From Promethearchaeota archaeon (GTDB lineage: Archaea > Asgardarchaeota > Lokiarchaeia > Sigyniarchaeales > SOKP01): 64,000 nt of DNA. Position 1 is the first letter of the stretch; each line of letters opens with the position of its first letter. Both the position numbers and the translations under genes were made by a program. This document shows, piece after piece, positions 41,396-51,995 of the stretch. A model generated the notes under the pieces. That model was given only the letters and a program-made list of their open reading frames with translations, was not told the DNA's origin and did not search any database. The stretch lies in contig JAHPZJ010000013.1 in assembly GCA_019058245.1 (NCBI GenBank), positions 361,166 through 425,165 of the forward strand, written 5' to 3'.

Positions 41396-43846
41396 ATGGT
41401 AGTTCGAAGTTTTAAGTTGAGCCCTATCCCAGGGACACCCTCGGAAAGGGTTCTTAAGATTAGAGATAGAATGCTATCTATGCCTAGAGAACTTGACATT
41501 GAGAGAGCTCGGTGTTATACAAGAATTTACAAACAAATGGAGGATGCTCCTCCATGTATAAAAAATACTAAAGCATTAGAGGAATTTTTGCGATGCATTC
41601 CAATAAGAATTGAAGACGATGAGCTACTTGTCGGTGTAAAATCTAGTAAAGTAAGAGCAGATCCAATGGAAATAGAACGTGGAATGCGTGCTGCAATTTT
41701 TGGGTTTCTTTATAATGATTCAATAGATCAAAAAATAAGAGATGCATTTGCTCAAAATTTTTCATGGGTTAATCGGTATGTTCCCTTAACAGAACAAGAA
41801 ATTGATGAAATGAAAAATGAAATTCTTCCCTACTGGAAAGATAGGACCGTAGAGGCTCGACAGAGAGAATATTATAAAAATGCAGGTTTGATTGAAGAAC
41901 CGAAGGAATCTAAGAGTCCAGCAATTCCCTTTATGAGTTATATAGGTGGTACTGATATGTTTGCAGTTGCTCATGGTCAGGGTCATGTCATTCCAGGATA
42001 TCGGCGAGTACTTAAGATGGGATTCGAAGGAATCGAAAAGATGGCACAAGAAGGACTTGTGAAACTCAAGGAAACTGACGAAAATTATGACCAACGCAAG
42101 GATTTTTATGAATCAGTTGTGGTGGCAGCACAAGCAGTCATCGAATATTCCAATCGCTATGCAGATCTCGCAATGGAAATGGGTCAAAATGCTCCAGAAG
42201 CAAGAAAGGTTGAACTTCTGGAAATCGCTGAACGTGTAAGAAGAGTGCCCGCTCAGCCCCCTAGAACATTTATAGAAGCACTCCAATCAATTTGGATGAC
42301 GAATGTTGTTATGGAAATGAGTTATGGCGATGGAAATATATTTTCTCAAGGACGAGTTGACCAATATCTTTATCCATATTACGCAGTAGATTTAGCTGAA
42401 GGACGTATTACATATGAAGAGGCTCTAGAAGCAATTGAGGAATATTTAGTGAAACTTGCTTCAGTCGTTATAGCAGGACAGAATAATATTACTATTGGAG
42501 GATTAGATTATGATGGAAATGATGCGACTAATGATGTGTCTTACATGTTTCTCGAAGCAATTGCAAATGTAAAAAGTCTATTAAACACCTTATCAATTAG
42601 GATATCTTCCAAGACACCCCATGAATTTGTTAAAAGATCGATTGAAGCTTTTAAATTTACCGGTGGAATGGCTATTCATAATGATGACATTTTGGTACCT
42701 CAACTTAATAATACAGGGTATTCCTTAGAAGATGCCCGTGATTATTCACTTGTAGGATGTGTAGAACCTGCTGGTACTGGAAATGATTTTTCATATACGG
42801 CTGGTAATATCGTTCAGATTTCAATCCTTTTTAATATGGCATTAAATGAGGGACGTACTATTTTTTCAGGAAATAAAACTGTCGGCGCGAAAACACCCCC
42901 AGCCAGTACTTTTAAATCTTTTGAAGATATGAAAAAAGCATTCGTCGACCAACTAAAGTTTGCTATAGATCTTACTGTGAGAAAAGCGGAATTAAAGGAT
43001 AAAGCCTTTGCTGATTATTTACCTTCCCCATTGCTTTCATCTTCAATAGAGGGATGTCTCGAGAGCGGAATGGATGGAACCCGAAATGGAGCAAAATACA
43101 ATAATAATCCTATGGGTTCACAAGGATTAGCAACGGTCACTAATTCCTTAGCTGCAATTCGTTGGGCTGTATTTGAAGAGAAATTAGTAACAATGGAAGA
43201 ATTGGTTAAGTATATGAATAGTAACTTCAGAGGCACCGAAGATCTTCGAGAAAAATTACGAAATAAGGCTCCTAAATATGGAAATGGTGATGAAAGAACA
43301 GACGAACTTGCTAAATGGGTAGCAACTACCCTTTGTGAACTTACAAGGACATATAAAGCAAGGGGTGGTGATGGTATTTATCATAATTGCCTCGTATCTT
43401 CAGGAACTCAGATTATGGAGGGGCAAATGTTAGGGGCAACTGCTGATGGAAGATTAATGGGTCAACCCGTAGCGAATGGTATTTCTCCTGCAAATGGTAC
43501 AGAAAAGAATGGTCTTACTATGGCTCTTAGATCCGTAGCTTATGCTACAACTGAACCTCATCTAACTAATGGAGCCGCCATGAATATCAGAATTAATCCC
43601 ACCTTATTAGAAACAGACGAGGGAATCGAATATATGACTTCCATAGTAGAAGCTTATCTTGAATTAGGAGGAAGGGAGCTTCAGATAAATCCTATAAGTT
43701 CAGAAACACTTAGAGACGCACAAGCCCATCCAGAAAAATATCCTGACCTTTCAGTTAAAGTTTCAGGCTACTCTGCTCGATTTATAGATATAACAAAAGA
43801 GCTTCAGGACGATATTATCGACAGAACTGTTTTCAATGAATTATAA
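41396..43846 (+). CDS. Glycyl radical enzyme (PFL-like family), copy 1
   Basis: GRVDQYLYPYY; active-site GCVEP; APKYGN; GATADGR; C-terminal HPEKYPDLSVKVSGYSARF. Confidence 0.92.
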   Translation: MVVRSFKLSPIPGTPSERVLKIRDRMLSMPRELDIERARCYTRIYKQMEDAPPCIKNTKALEEFLRCIPIRIEDDELLVGVKSSKVRADPMEIERGMRAAIFGFLYNDSIDQKIRDAFAQNFSWVNRYVPLTEQEIDEMKNEILPYWKDRTVEARQREYYKNAGLIEEPKESKSPAIPFMSYIGGTDMFAVAHGQGHVIPGYRRVLKMGFEGIEKMAQEGLVKLKETDENYDQRKDFYESVVVAAQAVIEYSNRYADLAMEMGQNAPEARKVELLEIAERVRRVPAQPPRTFIEALQSIWMTNVVMEMSYGDGNIFSQGRVDQYLYPYYAVDLAEGRITYEEALEAIEEYLVKLASVVIAGQNNITIGGLDYDGNDATNDVSYMFLEAIANVKSLLNTLSIRISSKTPHEFVKRSIEAFKFTGGMAIHNDDILVPQLNNTGYSLEDARDYSLVGCVEPAGTGNDFSYTAGNIVQISILFNMALNEGRTIFSGNKTVGAKTPPASTFKSFEDMKKAFVDQLKFAIDLTVRKAELKDKAFADYLPSPLLSSSIEGCLESGMDGTRNGAKYNNNPMGSQGLATVTNSLAAIRWAVFEEKLVTMEELVKYMNSNFRGTEDLREKLRNKAPKYGNGDERTDELAKWVATTLCELTRTYKARGGDGIYHNCLVSSGTQIMEGQMLGATADGRLMGQPVANGISPANGTEKNGLTMALRSVAYATTEPHLTNGAAMNIRINPTLLETDEGIEYMTSIVEAYLELGGRELQINPISSETLRDAQAHPEKYPDLSVKVSGYSARFIDITKELQDDIIDRTVFNEL

Positions 43847-43849
43847 TAA

Positions 43850-43860
43850 TTTTTTTTTTT
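43850..43860 (+). terminator. Oligo-T terminator after GRE copy 1
   Basis: T11 run 3 bp after the stop. Confidence 0.55.
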
Positions 43861-43900
43861 ATTCTATTTTTTCATTCGTGATACTCCGTGGAAATAAAAT

Positions 43901-43942
43901 ATTATAAAAACATTTATTAATATATAATGTCTATTAAAATTC
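43901..43942 (+). promoter_or_regulatory. Putative BRE/TATA promoter for a leaderless transcript of GRE copy 2
   Basis: AAAAACATTTATTAATA about 25 bp before the ATG; 39/42 nt identical to 46589-46630. Confidence 0.6.
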
Positions 43943-46393
43943 ATGGTAGTTCAAAGTTTTAAGTTGAGTCCTATCCATGGAACACCATCGGAAAGGGTTC
44001 GCAAGATTAGAGATAGAATGCTATCTATGCCTAGAGAACTTGACATTGAACGAGCTCGCTGTTATACAAGAATCTATAAACAAATGGAAGATGCATCTAT
44101 ATGTATGAAAAATGTTAAAGCATTAGAGGAATTTTTACGATGCCTTCCAATAAGAATTGAAGAGGATGAGCTTCTTGTAGGCGTAAAATCTAGTAAAGTA
44201 AGAGCAGATCCACTTGAAATTGAACGTGGAATGCGTGCTAAAATTTTTGGGTTTGTCTATAATGATGCAATAGATCAAAAAATAAGAGATGCATTTGCCC
44301 AAAATTTTACTTTTATTAACCGATATGTTCCCTTGAAAGAAGAAGAAGTTAATGAATTAAAAAATGAAATAATTCCTTACTGGAAAAATAGAACAGTAGC
44401 AGCCCGAAAGGAGCAATATTTTAAAGAGGCAGGTCTGGTTGATGAATCGAAGAAAAAAATGGATGGAACAATTCCCATGAGGGGTTCAGTGGGTGGTACT
44501 GATATGTTTGCAGGTGCCAGTGGTCAAGGTCATACCATTCCTGGTTATAGACGAGTTCTTAAAATGGGATTTAATGGAATCAAAAAGATGGCACAAGAAG
44601 GGCTTGAAATACTCAAGGAAACAGATGAAAATTATAACTATCGAAAGGATTTTTATGAATCAGTTGTGGTAGCTGCACAAGCGGTTATCGAGTATTCCAA
44701 TCGCTATGCTGATCTTGCAATGGAAATGGCACAAAATGCATCAGAAACAAGAAGGGCTGATCTTCTGGAAATTGCTGAACGTGTAAGGCGAGTTCCAGCC
44801 AACCCCCCAAGAACATTCATGGAAGCACTTCAATCAATATGGATGACGAATATTGTTATGGAAATGAGTTATGGTGAAGGAAATATCTTTTCTCAAGGAA
44901 GAGTAGACCAATACCTTTATCCATATTACGCAGCAGACTTAGCAGAAGGGCGTATTACATATGAAGAAGCTGTAGAGGTAATCGAAGAATATTTGGTGAA
45001 GCTTTCTTCAGTCGTTATAGCAGGACAGAACAATGTTACTATAGGAGGATTAGACCATGATGGAAATGATGCAACTAATGACGTGTCTTATATGTTTCTT
45101 GAGGCTATCGCAAATGTAAAAAGTTTATTAAACACTTTATCAATTAGGATTTCTTCCAAAACACCCCATGAGTTTGTAAAAAGATCGATTGAAGCTATTA
45201 AATTTACTGGTGGTATGGGTATTCATAATGATGATGTTTTAGTACCACAGCTCAATAATACAGGATATTCATTAGAAGATGCCCGAGATTATTCACTTGT
45301 AGGGTGTGTAGAACCACATGGTACTGGAAATGATTTTTCATATACGGCAGGTAATGTCGTTCAGATTTCAATCCTTTTAAACATGGCATTAAATGAGGGA
45401 CGTACTCTATTTTCAGGAAATAAAACTGTCGGCGCGAAAACACCCCCAGCCAGTGATTTTGAATCTTTTGAAGATGTGAAAAAATCCTTCGTCGACCAAC
45501 TAAAGTTTGCCATAGATCTTACTGTAAAAAAAGCGGAATTAAAGGATAAAGCGTTTGCTGATTATTTACCTTCCCCATTGCTCTCATCTTCAATAGAAGG
45601 ATGTTTAGAGAGCGGAATGGATGTTACTCGAAATGGGGCTCGCTATAATAACAATCCTATGGGTTCACAAGGATTAGCAACAGTGACTGATTCCTTAGCT
45701 GCAATACGCTGGGCTGTATTTGAAGAAAAAATAGTAACAATGGAAGAATTGGTTAATCACATGAATAATAATTTTAAAGGAGCAGAAACCCTACGAGAAA
45801 AACTACGAAATAAGGCACCTAAATATGGTAATGGTGATGAAAGAACAGATGAACTTGCCAAATGGGTAGCAACTACCCTCTGTGAACTTACAAGGACTTA
45901 TAAAGCAAGGGGTGGTGATGGTATATATCATAATTGCCTCGTATCTTCTGGAACTCAGATTATGGAGGGTAAAGTACTAGGAGCAACTGCAGATGGAAGA
46001 TTAATGGGTCAACCCGTAGCAAACGGTATTTCTCCTGCAAATGGTACAGAAAAAAATGGCCTTACTATGGCCCTCCGATCAATAGCTTATGCAACAGCTG
46101 AACCTCATCTCACTAATGGAGCCTCAATGAATGTTAGAATCAATCCCACCTTATTAGAAACAGATGAAGGAATTGAAAAATTTACTTCTATTGTAGAGGC
46201 TTATTTAGAGTTGGGAGGACGAGAACTTCAAGTAAATCCGATAAGTTCAGAAACACTTAGAGATGCACAAGCTCATCCAGAAAAATATCCTGATCTTTCA
46301 GTTAAAGTTTCAGGCTACTCTGCTCGATTCATAGATTTAGCAAAGGATCTTCAGAACGATATTATCGACAGAACTGTTTTCAATGAAATATAA
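43943..46393 (+). CDS. Glycyl radical enzyme, copy 2
   Basis: Same motifs (GCVEP; KVSGYSARF); highly similar to copy 1. Confidence 0.92.
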   Translation: MVVQSFKLSPIHGTPSERVRKIRDRMLSMPRELDIERARCYTRIYKQMEDASICMKNVKALEEFLRCLPIRIEEDELLVGVKSSKVRADPLEIERGMRAKIFGFVYNDAIDQKIRDAFAQNFTFINRYVPLKEEEVNELKNEIIPYWKNRTVAARKEQYFKEAGLVDESKKKMDGTIPMRGSVGGTDMFAGASGQGHTIPGYRRVLKMGFNGIKKMAQEGLEILKETDENYNYRKDFYESVVVAAQAVIEYSNRYADLAMEMAQNASETRRADLLEIAERVRRVPANPPRTFMEALQSIWMTNIVMEMSYGEGNIFSQGRVDQYLYPYYAADLAEGRITYEEAVEVIEEYLVKLSSVVIAGQNNVTIGGLDHDGNDATNDVSYMFLEAIANVKSLLNTLSIRISSKTPHEFVKRSIEAIKFTGGMGIHNDDVLVPQLNNTGYSLEDARDYSLVGCVEPHGTGNDFSYTAGNVVQISILLNMALNEGRTLFSGNKTVGAKTPPASDFESFEDVKKSFVDQLKFAIDLTVKKAELKDKAFADYLPSPLLSSSIEGCLESGMDVTRNGARYNNNPMGSQGLATVTDSLAAIRWAVFEEKIVTMEELVNHMNNNFKGAETLREKLRNKAPKYGNGDERTDELAKWVATTLCELTRTYKARGGDGIYHNCLVSSGTQIMEGKVLGATADGRLMGQPVANGISPANGTEKNGLTMALRSIAYATAEPHLTNGASMNVRINPTLLETDEGIEKFTSIVEAYLELGGRELQVNPISSETLRDAQAHPEKYPDLSVKVSGYSARFIDLAKDLQNDIIDRTVFNEI

Positions 46394-46588
46394 ACAGTAC
46401 TATCGAATTAATATAATTAATATTAAAAATTTTTATTTTCTTTTACTATATTATCGTATTTATGATAAAACTTCGAAATTAATTATTAATTAAAAATCTT
46501 TTAGCTAGAGAAATAATAATTCAGATCTATTTTCAATTCAAAAGCTTTCGAAATCTAAAAGAAAAAAAAGTCAAATATTTATTATTCT

Positions 46589-46630
46589 ATTATAAAAACA
46601 TTTATAAATATATATTGTCTATTAAAAATC
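46589..46630 (+). promoter_or_regulatory. Putative BRE/TATA promoter for GRE copy 3
   Basis: AAAAACATTTATAAATA; near-duplicate of 43901-43942. Confidence 0.6.
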
Positions 46631-49072
46631 ATGGTAGTTCAAGATTTTAAGTTGAGTCCTCTCCAAGGAATACCTTCTGAGAGGGTTCGTAAAATAAGAG
46701 ATAAGATGTTATCAAATCCTTTTGAATATGATCTTGAGCGAGCACGATGCTATACAAGAATTTACAAACAATTTGAGAATTCTCCTCCTTGTATGAAAAA
46801 AGCTAAAGCACTAGAGGAATTCTTACATTGTCTTCCTATAAGAATTGATGAAGATGAGCTTCTTATAGGCGTAAAATCAAGTAAACCAAGAGCAGATCCT
46901 ATTGAAATAGAACAAGGGCGACAGGTTAAATTATATGATTTTCTCTTAGACGATACAATTGAAGAAAAAGCTAAAAATACTCTCCGTAGATATCACCCCA
47001 CTATTAGACGTTATGTTCCTTTTACAGAAGAAGAACTTAAGGAGTGGAAAAATGACATTATACCTGTCTGGAAGGGAAAAACAATGATGGATAGGAGGAA
47101 TGAACTTTTCAGGGAAGCAGGTTTGATTGAAGAGAACGTGGGACACGTCCCTCCATCAATGTCAATGTTACCAGGAAATTCATATGTATATTCTGTAATG
47201 CAGGGTCATACCATTCCGGGTTATCGACGAGTTCTTAAAATGGGATTTAGAGGAATTGAAAAAATGGCGACAGAAGGGCTTAAAAATCTTAAAGAGACCG
47301 ATGAGAATTATGATCAACGAAAAGATTTTTATGAATCGGTACAAGTAACTTCAAAAGCAGTTTGTAATTATTCCAAGCGCTATGCTGATCTAGCAATGGA
47401 AATGGCCCAAAATGCATCAGAAACAAGAAGGGCTGAACTTGCAGAAATTGCTGAGCGTGTAAGACAAGTACCAGCAAACCCTCCAAGATCATTCATGGAA
47501 GCACTTCAATCAATTTGGATGACGAACGTTGTTATGGAAATGAGTTATGGTGAAGGAAACATTTTTTCTCAAGGAAGAGTAGACCAGTATCTCTATCCTT
47601 ATTATGCAGCGGATTTAGCGGATGGTCGTATTACTTATGAAGAAGCTTTAGAAACAATTGAAGAATATTTAGTGAAACTTGCTTCTGTTGTTATAGCAGG
47701 ACAGAATAATGTTACTATTGGAGGATTAGATAAGGATGGAAATGATGCAACTAATGAGATATCATATATGTTTCTTGAAGCTATTGCAAATGTCAAAAGT
47801 TTATTAAACACCTTATCAATTAGGATCTCTTCTAAGAGCCCTCGAAATTTCGTAAAAAGAACTATTGAAACTTTTCGACATACGACAGGGATGGGTATTC
47901 ATAATGATGAAATCTTAGTACCACAACTTCAAGAAGATGGTTATTCACTTGAGGATGCCCGAGATTACTCACTCGTAGGTTGTGTTGAACCTCATGGTAC
48001 AGGTTTTGATTTTTCATACACTGCAGGTAATGGTGTTAGGTTTACACTAGTGCTTGGTATGGCATTAAATGGAGGACGAATGCTTTATTCAGAAGATCGA
48101 GTTGTTGGAACAAAAACACCTGAACCTAGTACTTTTAAAACTTTTGAAGACGTAAAGCAAGCTTTTGTTGATCAACTTGTTTTTGCTATAGATAAATGTG
48201 TACAAATGTCTGAATTAAAAGATAGAGCGTTTGCTGAATATTTTCCATCTCCATTACTTTCCTCTACAATAGAAGGATGTCTTGAGAGTGGAATGGATGC
48301 AACTCGAAATGGAGCTCGCTATAATAACAATCCTATTGGTTCACAAGGCTTAGCAACTGTTGTAAATTCATTAGCAGCTGTTCGTTGGGCTGTATTCGAG
48401 AAAAAACTAGTGACTATGGGAGAATTGGTTGAACATATGAACAATAATTTTAAAGGAGCAGAATTGCTTAGAGAAAAACTTAGAAATAAGGCTCCTAAAT
48501 ATGGTAATGGTGATGATAAAACAGATGAATTAGCACGTTGGGTTGCAAATACTTTTTGTGATATCGTGAGAAAACATTCTGCCAGAGGTGGTGTTGGTAT
48601 ATATCGTCCTTGCCTTGTCTCTGCGGGAGGCCAACTAGCAGAGGGAAGAATGTTAGGAGCAACTCCAGACGGAAGACTCTCTGGTGAACCTGTATCAAAT
48701 GGTATTTCTCCAGCAAATGGAACCGAGAAAAATGGTCTCACCATGGCACTCCGATCTGTTGCGGTATCAACCCGGGAAGCTCTCCTAACTGATGGTGTAA
48801 CAATGAATATCAGAATCACTCCTAGTATGATAGAAACAGATGAAGGCATAGAAGAAATGACTTCTATTTTAGAGGCTTATTTTGAATTGGGAGGAAAAGA
48901 ACTTCAGATTAATGCTATAGGATCAGAAACCCTTAAAGATGCGCAAGAGCATCCTGAAAAATATACTGACTTATCAGTCAAGGTTACTGGCTACTCTGCT
49001 CGCTTTATAGACATCAGTAGAGGTCTACAGAATGATATTATTAATCGTACAGAATTTAATGAATTTGATTAA
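46631..49072 (+). CDS. Glycyl radical enzyme, copy 3 (more divergent)
   Basis: GCVEP; KVTGYSARF. Confidence 0.92.
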   Translation: MVVQDFKLSPLQGIPSERVRKIRDKMLSNPFEYDLERARCYTRIYKQFENSPPCMKKAKALEEFLHCLPIRIDEDELLIGVKSSKPRADPIEIEQGRQVKLYDFLLDDTIEEKAKNTLRRYHPTIRRYVPFTEEELKEWKNDIIPVWKGKTMMDRRNELFREAGLIEENVGHVPPSMSMLPGNSYVYSVMQGHTIPGYRRVLKMGFRGIEKMATEGLKNLKETDENYDQRKDFYESVQVTSKAVCNYSKRYADLAMEMAQNASETRRAELAEIAERVRQVPANPPRSFMEALQSIWMTNVVMEMSYGEGNIFSQGRVDQYLYPYYAADLADGRITYEEALETIEEYLVKLASVVIAGQNNVTIGGLDKDGNDATNEISYMFLEAIANVKSLLNTLSIRISSKSPRNFVKRTIETFRHTTGMGIHNDEILVPQLQEDGYSLEDARDYSLVGCVEPHGTGFDFSYTAGNGVRFTLVLGMALNGGRMLYSEDRVVGTKTPEPSTFKTFEDVKQAFVDQLVFAIDKCVQMSELKDRAFAEYFPSPLLSSTIEGCLESGMDATRNGARYNNNPIGSQGLATVVNSLAAVRWAVFEKKLVTMGELVEHMNNNFKGAELLREKLRNKAPKYGNGDDKTDELARWVANTFCDIVRKHSARGGVGIYRPCLVSAGGQLAEGRMLGATPDGRLSGEPVSNGISPANGTEKNGLTMALRSVAVSTREALLTDGVTMNIRITPSMIETDEGIEEMTSILEAYFELGGKELQINAIGSETLKDAQEHPEKYTDLSVKVTGYSARFIDISRGLQNDIINRTEFNEFD

Positions 49073-49297
49073 ACCTTTTTGGTTAATCTTTTTTTTTTAA
49101 TTTGAAAATAAGATCAACTTTATTATTTTTAATATGCATATTATAAAGGACATTTATTTTAAGAATCTTTATTGATAAATATTGGATATATTTATCTCAT
49201 TATCGAGATATATATCTAAAGTTAATATTTATGTGCAAAAATTAAGAAAAATGGAGCTACGTTATTTATGTCTATATTGATAAACTATTTTTTCTAC

Positions 49298-50245
49298 TTA
49301 GCGAGTTAACCCAGACCACTTTACATTTTTAGCTCCAGTACTTTTAGCAATTTCAAGATAATTTTCCATTTCCTCTTTTGTCATTAATGGTTCATCTCTT
49401 AAAGACCATGGCTTGCCTAATCTTGTATATTTAATTTCACAGAGTTTGTTAAAGGCTAATATATCCCATTGTTCAGGAATATTATCTAATTCTTTTACAA
49501 TGAATTCTCCAATACCTCTAATATTCTCTTCCGTGGCAGTATAGTGTGGTATTATTGGTGTTCTTATCCACATCAATTTTCCATTATCTTTGGTATAAGT
49601 TGAAATCCATTTAGCATTTTCTAAAATTGTTTTATTTGAAACACCTGTATATTCTTCATGTTGTTTAGGATCAATAACCTTTATATCAAAAAGGACAATA
49701 TCAACGTAAGGTAATAAATCTTGATAAACTTTTTTACTTGAATATCCACATGTATCTAAAGCAGTAGAAATATCATTTTCCTTACATAATTTTAAAAATT
49801 TTAAGAGAAAATCTGATTGTAATGTGGGTTCACCACCAGAAACCGTTATTCCTCCTTTTGTTTTAGTAAAAAAGATTTTTTCTTTTTCAACATCATGAAT
49901 AAGATCTTCTAAATTCCACCACTGTCCCCACATGCTTAATGCAGTAGTAGGACAAGCTTCTACACAATCTCCACAACTGGTACATCGCTCTCTATTAATA
50001 TGTAAGCCATCTTCTTCAAAAAATAGAACACCTTCTTCTTGACAGGCCTCTATGCAACTATTACACCCGATACATTTACGATCCATCCAATAGAGCTGAG
50101 GTTGTCTTGGAATTGATTCTGGATTATGACACCATGCACAATTTAAGAGACATTTATTAAAAAAAATTGTTGTGCGAATACCAGGCCCATCATCAGTAGA
50201 CATTCTCTCAATTTTAAAAATTAATCCCTTAGATTTTGACTCCAT
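49298..50245 (-). CDS. Glycyl-radical activating enzyme (radical SAM with ferredoxin insert)
   Basis: DGPGIRTTIFF; CLLNCAWCHNPES; CIGCNSCIEAC and CTSCGDCVEAC; GGITVSGGEP; DTCG. Confidence 0.93.
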   Translation of the reverse strand: MESKSKGLIFKIERMSTDDGPGIRTTIFFNKCLLNCAWCHNPESIPRQPQLYWMDRKCIGCNSCIEACQEEGVLFFEEDGLHINRERCTSCGDCVEACPTTALSMWGQWWNLEDLIHDVEKEKIFFTKTKGGITVSGGEPTLQSDFLLKFLKLCKENDISTALDTCGYSSKKVYQDLLPYVDIVLFDIKVIDPKQHEEYTGVSNKTILENAKWISTYTKDNGKLMWIRTPIIPHYTATEENIRGIGEFIVKELDNIPEQWDILAFNKLCEIKYTRLGKPWSLRDEPLMTKEEMENYLEIAKSTGAKNVKWSGLTR

Positions 50246-50540
50246 AACGCACCTGCATATTAATTTCTAATATATTTTTTGGAATAAAAAGAAATTTAAT
50301 TTATTCTTAAAATTATTTATTTCTTAAAATTTTTATGAATTATATACCTACTCGATGTAAAATAAATAATAGTCTTCGAAATGAAAGATTAAAATCTTAT
50401 AATAGAAATTTTTTACTAGACTTTTTTAAAAAATACAACTATGATTGATATCACGAGGTTTGACCTTATATCTAACGAAAACTTTATACCTAAATCGAAT
50501 ATTTCTCTTATTATCAAAAAAAATAAAGTTTTGAACAAAG

Positions 50541-51899
50541 ATGTATAAATATAAGGTCTCAATTTTAGGTACAGGATTTATAGGATTATGCTCTGCTGCC
50601 TGTTTTGCTCAAAAGGATATTAAAGTATTAGCTTCTACACATAATGAAAAAAAGGCAAAAATAATAAACGAGTATAAATCACCTTTTTTCGAGGAAGGAT
50701 TAGAGGAAATGCTTATTGACATTAAGCAGAAAAACCCAGAACTTCTCAAATGTTTAACTGATCCTGTTCAAGCAGTATTAAATACAGATATTATAATGAT
50801 TACTCAAGGAACTCCAATGCGAATAGATGATTCAATTGATTTAAGTTATATTGAAAGTACTGCTAAAGAAATTGGGGAAGCTTTAAAACAAGATGATAAA
50901 TATCGTTTGATTGTCGTTCGATCTACTGTTGTTCCGGGAACCTCAATGAATCTTGTAGGAAAGATAATTACAGAAATTTCTGGAAAAGTTCCAGGAAAAG
51001 ATTTTGGGTTATGTATGCAGCCAGAGTTTTTAGCTGAAGGGAGATCAATTGAAGATACGCTCAAACCAGATAGAATCATTATTGGATCAATAGATAATAA
51101 AAGCGGAGATATGCTTCAAGAGTTCTATGAGTATTTTTATGGTGATCACTTGAAAAATTGTCCGATAAAGAGAATGAATTTAGAAAGTGCAGAATTCGTT
51201 AAATATGGAAATAATTGCTTATTATCAACAAAAATATCTTATGCCAATGAATTCGCTAACTTAGCCGAATTAGTTCCAAATGTTGATATCGTCCAAGTAA
51301 TGGAAGGTGTAGGATTGGATTATAGGATTAATCATAGATTTCTTCGTGCAGGTGTAGGATTCGGGGGTGCTTGTTTTCATAAAGATGTTAACGCTATAAC
51401 GAAATGGGCAAGATCTAAAGGATATGTTTCAAAATTACTAGAGGCTGTTTTGGAACGTAATGATCTCAGAGCAATTCGAATTGTTGATATTGCGGAGGGT
51501 TTGGTTGGAAAATTAGAGGGTAAAAAGGTAACTTTACTGGGTTTATCTTTTAAACCAGGTACTGATGATATGAGAGAGGCTCCAAGTATTAGAGTTATTA
51601 ATGAATTGATCAAAAGAAAAGTAACTGATATTGTTGGATACGATCCTAAAGCTAAAGAATCTGCTGAAGAAGCAATCGGAGATAAGATAAAATATGCTAG
51701 TAGTATTGAGGAAGCACTGAAAGATTCTGAGTGTACTTTACTGATAACAGATTGGGATGAATTTAAAAAACTTAATCCTGATGATTTCAAAAAACATATG
51801 AAATCTCCAAATCTCGTTGATGGCAGAAGGATTTATAATTATGATGAATTTAACAATTCTTTAAATTTTCGAGCAATGGGTCGTATAAATTTAAAGTAA
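50541..51899 (+). CDS. UDP-glucose/GDP-mannose dehydrogenase family
   Basis: GTGFIG; RSTVVPG; PEFLAEG; K...N...STKIS; GFGGACFHKD; GLSFKPGTDDMREAP. Confidence 0.93.
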   Translation: MYKYKVSILGTGFIGLCSAACFAQKDIKVLASTHNEKKAKIINEYKSPFFEEGLEEMLIDIKQKNPELLKCLTDPVQAVLNTDIIMITQGTPMRIDDSIDLSYIESTAKEIGEALKQDDKYRLIVVRSTVVPGTSMNLVGKIITEISGKVPGKDFGLCMQPEFLAEGRSIEDTLKPDRIIIGSIDNKSGDMLQEFYEYFYGDHLKNCPIKRMNLESAEFVKYGNNCLLSTKISYANEFANLAELVPNVDIVQVMEGVGLDYRINHRFLRAGVGFGGACFHKDVNAITKWARSKGYVSKLLEAVLERNDLRAIRIVDIAEGLVGKLEGKKVTLLGLSFKPGTDDMREAPSIRVINELIKRKVTDIVGYDPKAKESAEEAIGDKIKYASSIEEALKDSECTLLITDWDEFKKLNPDDFKKHMKSPNLVDGRRIYNYDEFNNSLNFRAMGRINLK

Positions 51900-51995
51900 T
51901 AATTATTGCTTGAAATAAAATTATAATAAGTCTTTCAAGAATCTTTTTATATCTTATAAATTATTTGTAAAGCATTAAGTAAAAAATTATTTTAT

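Noticed and set aside
41396-49072. Calling the GREs pyruvate formate-lyase or alkyl/benzylsuccinate synthase
   Set aside because: There is no CC pair as in PFL, and no small accessory subunit genes as in fumarate-adding enzymes.
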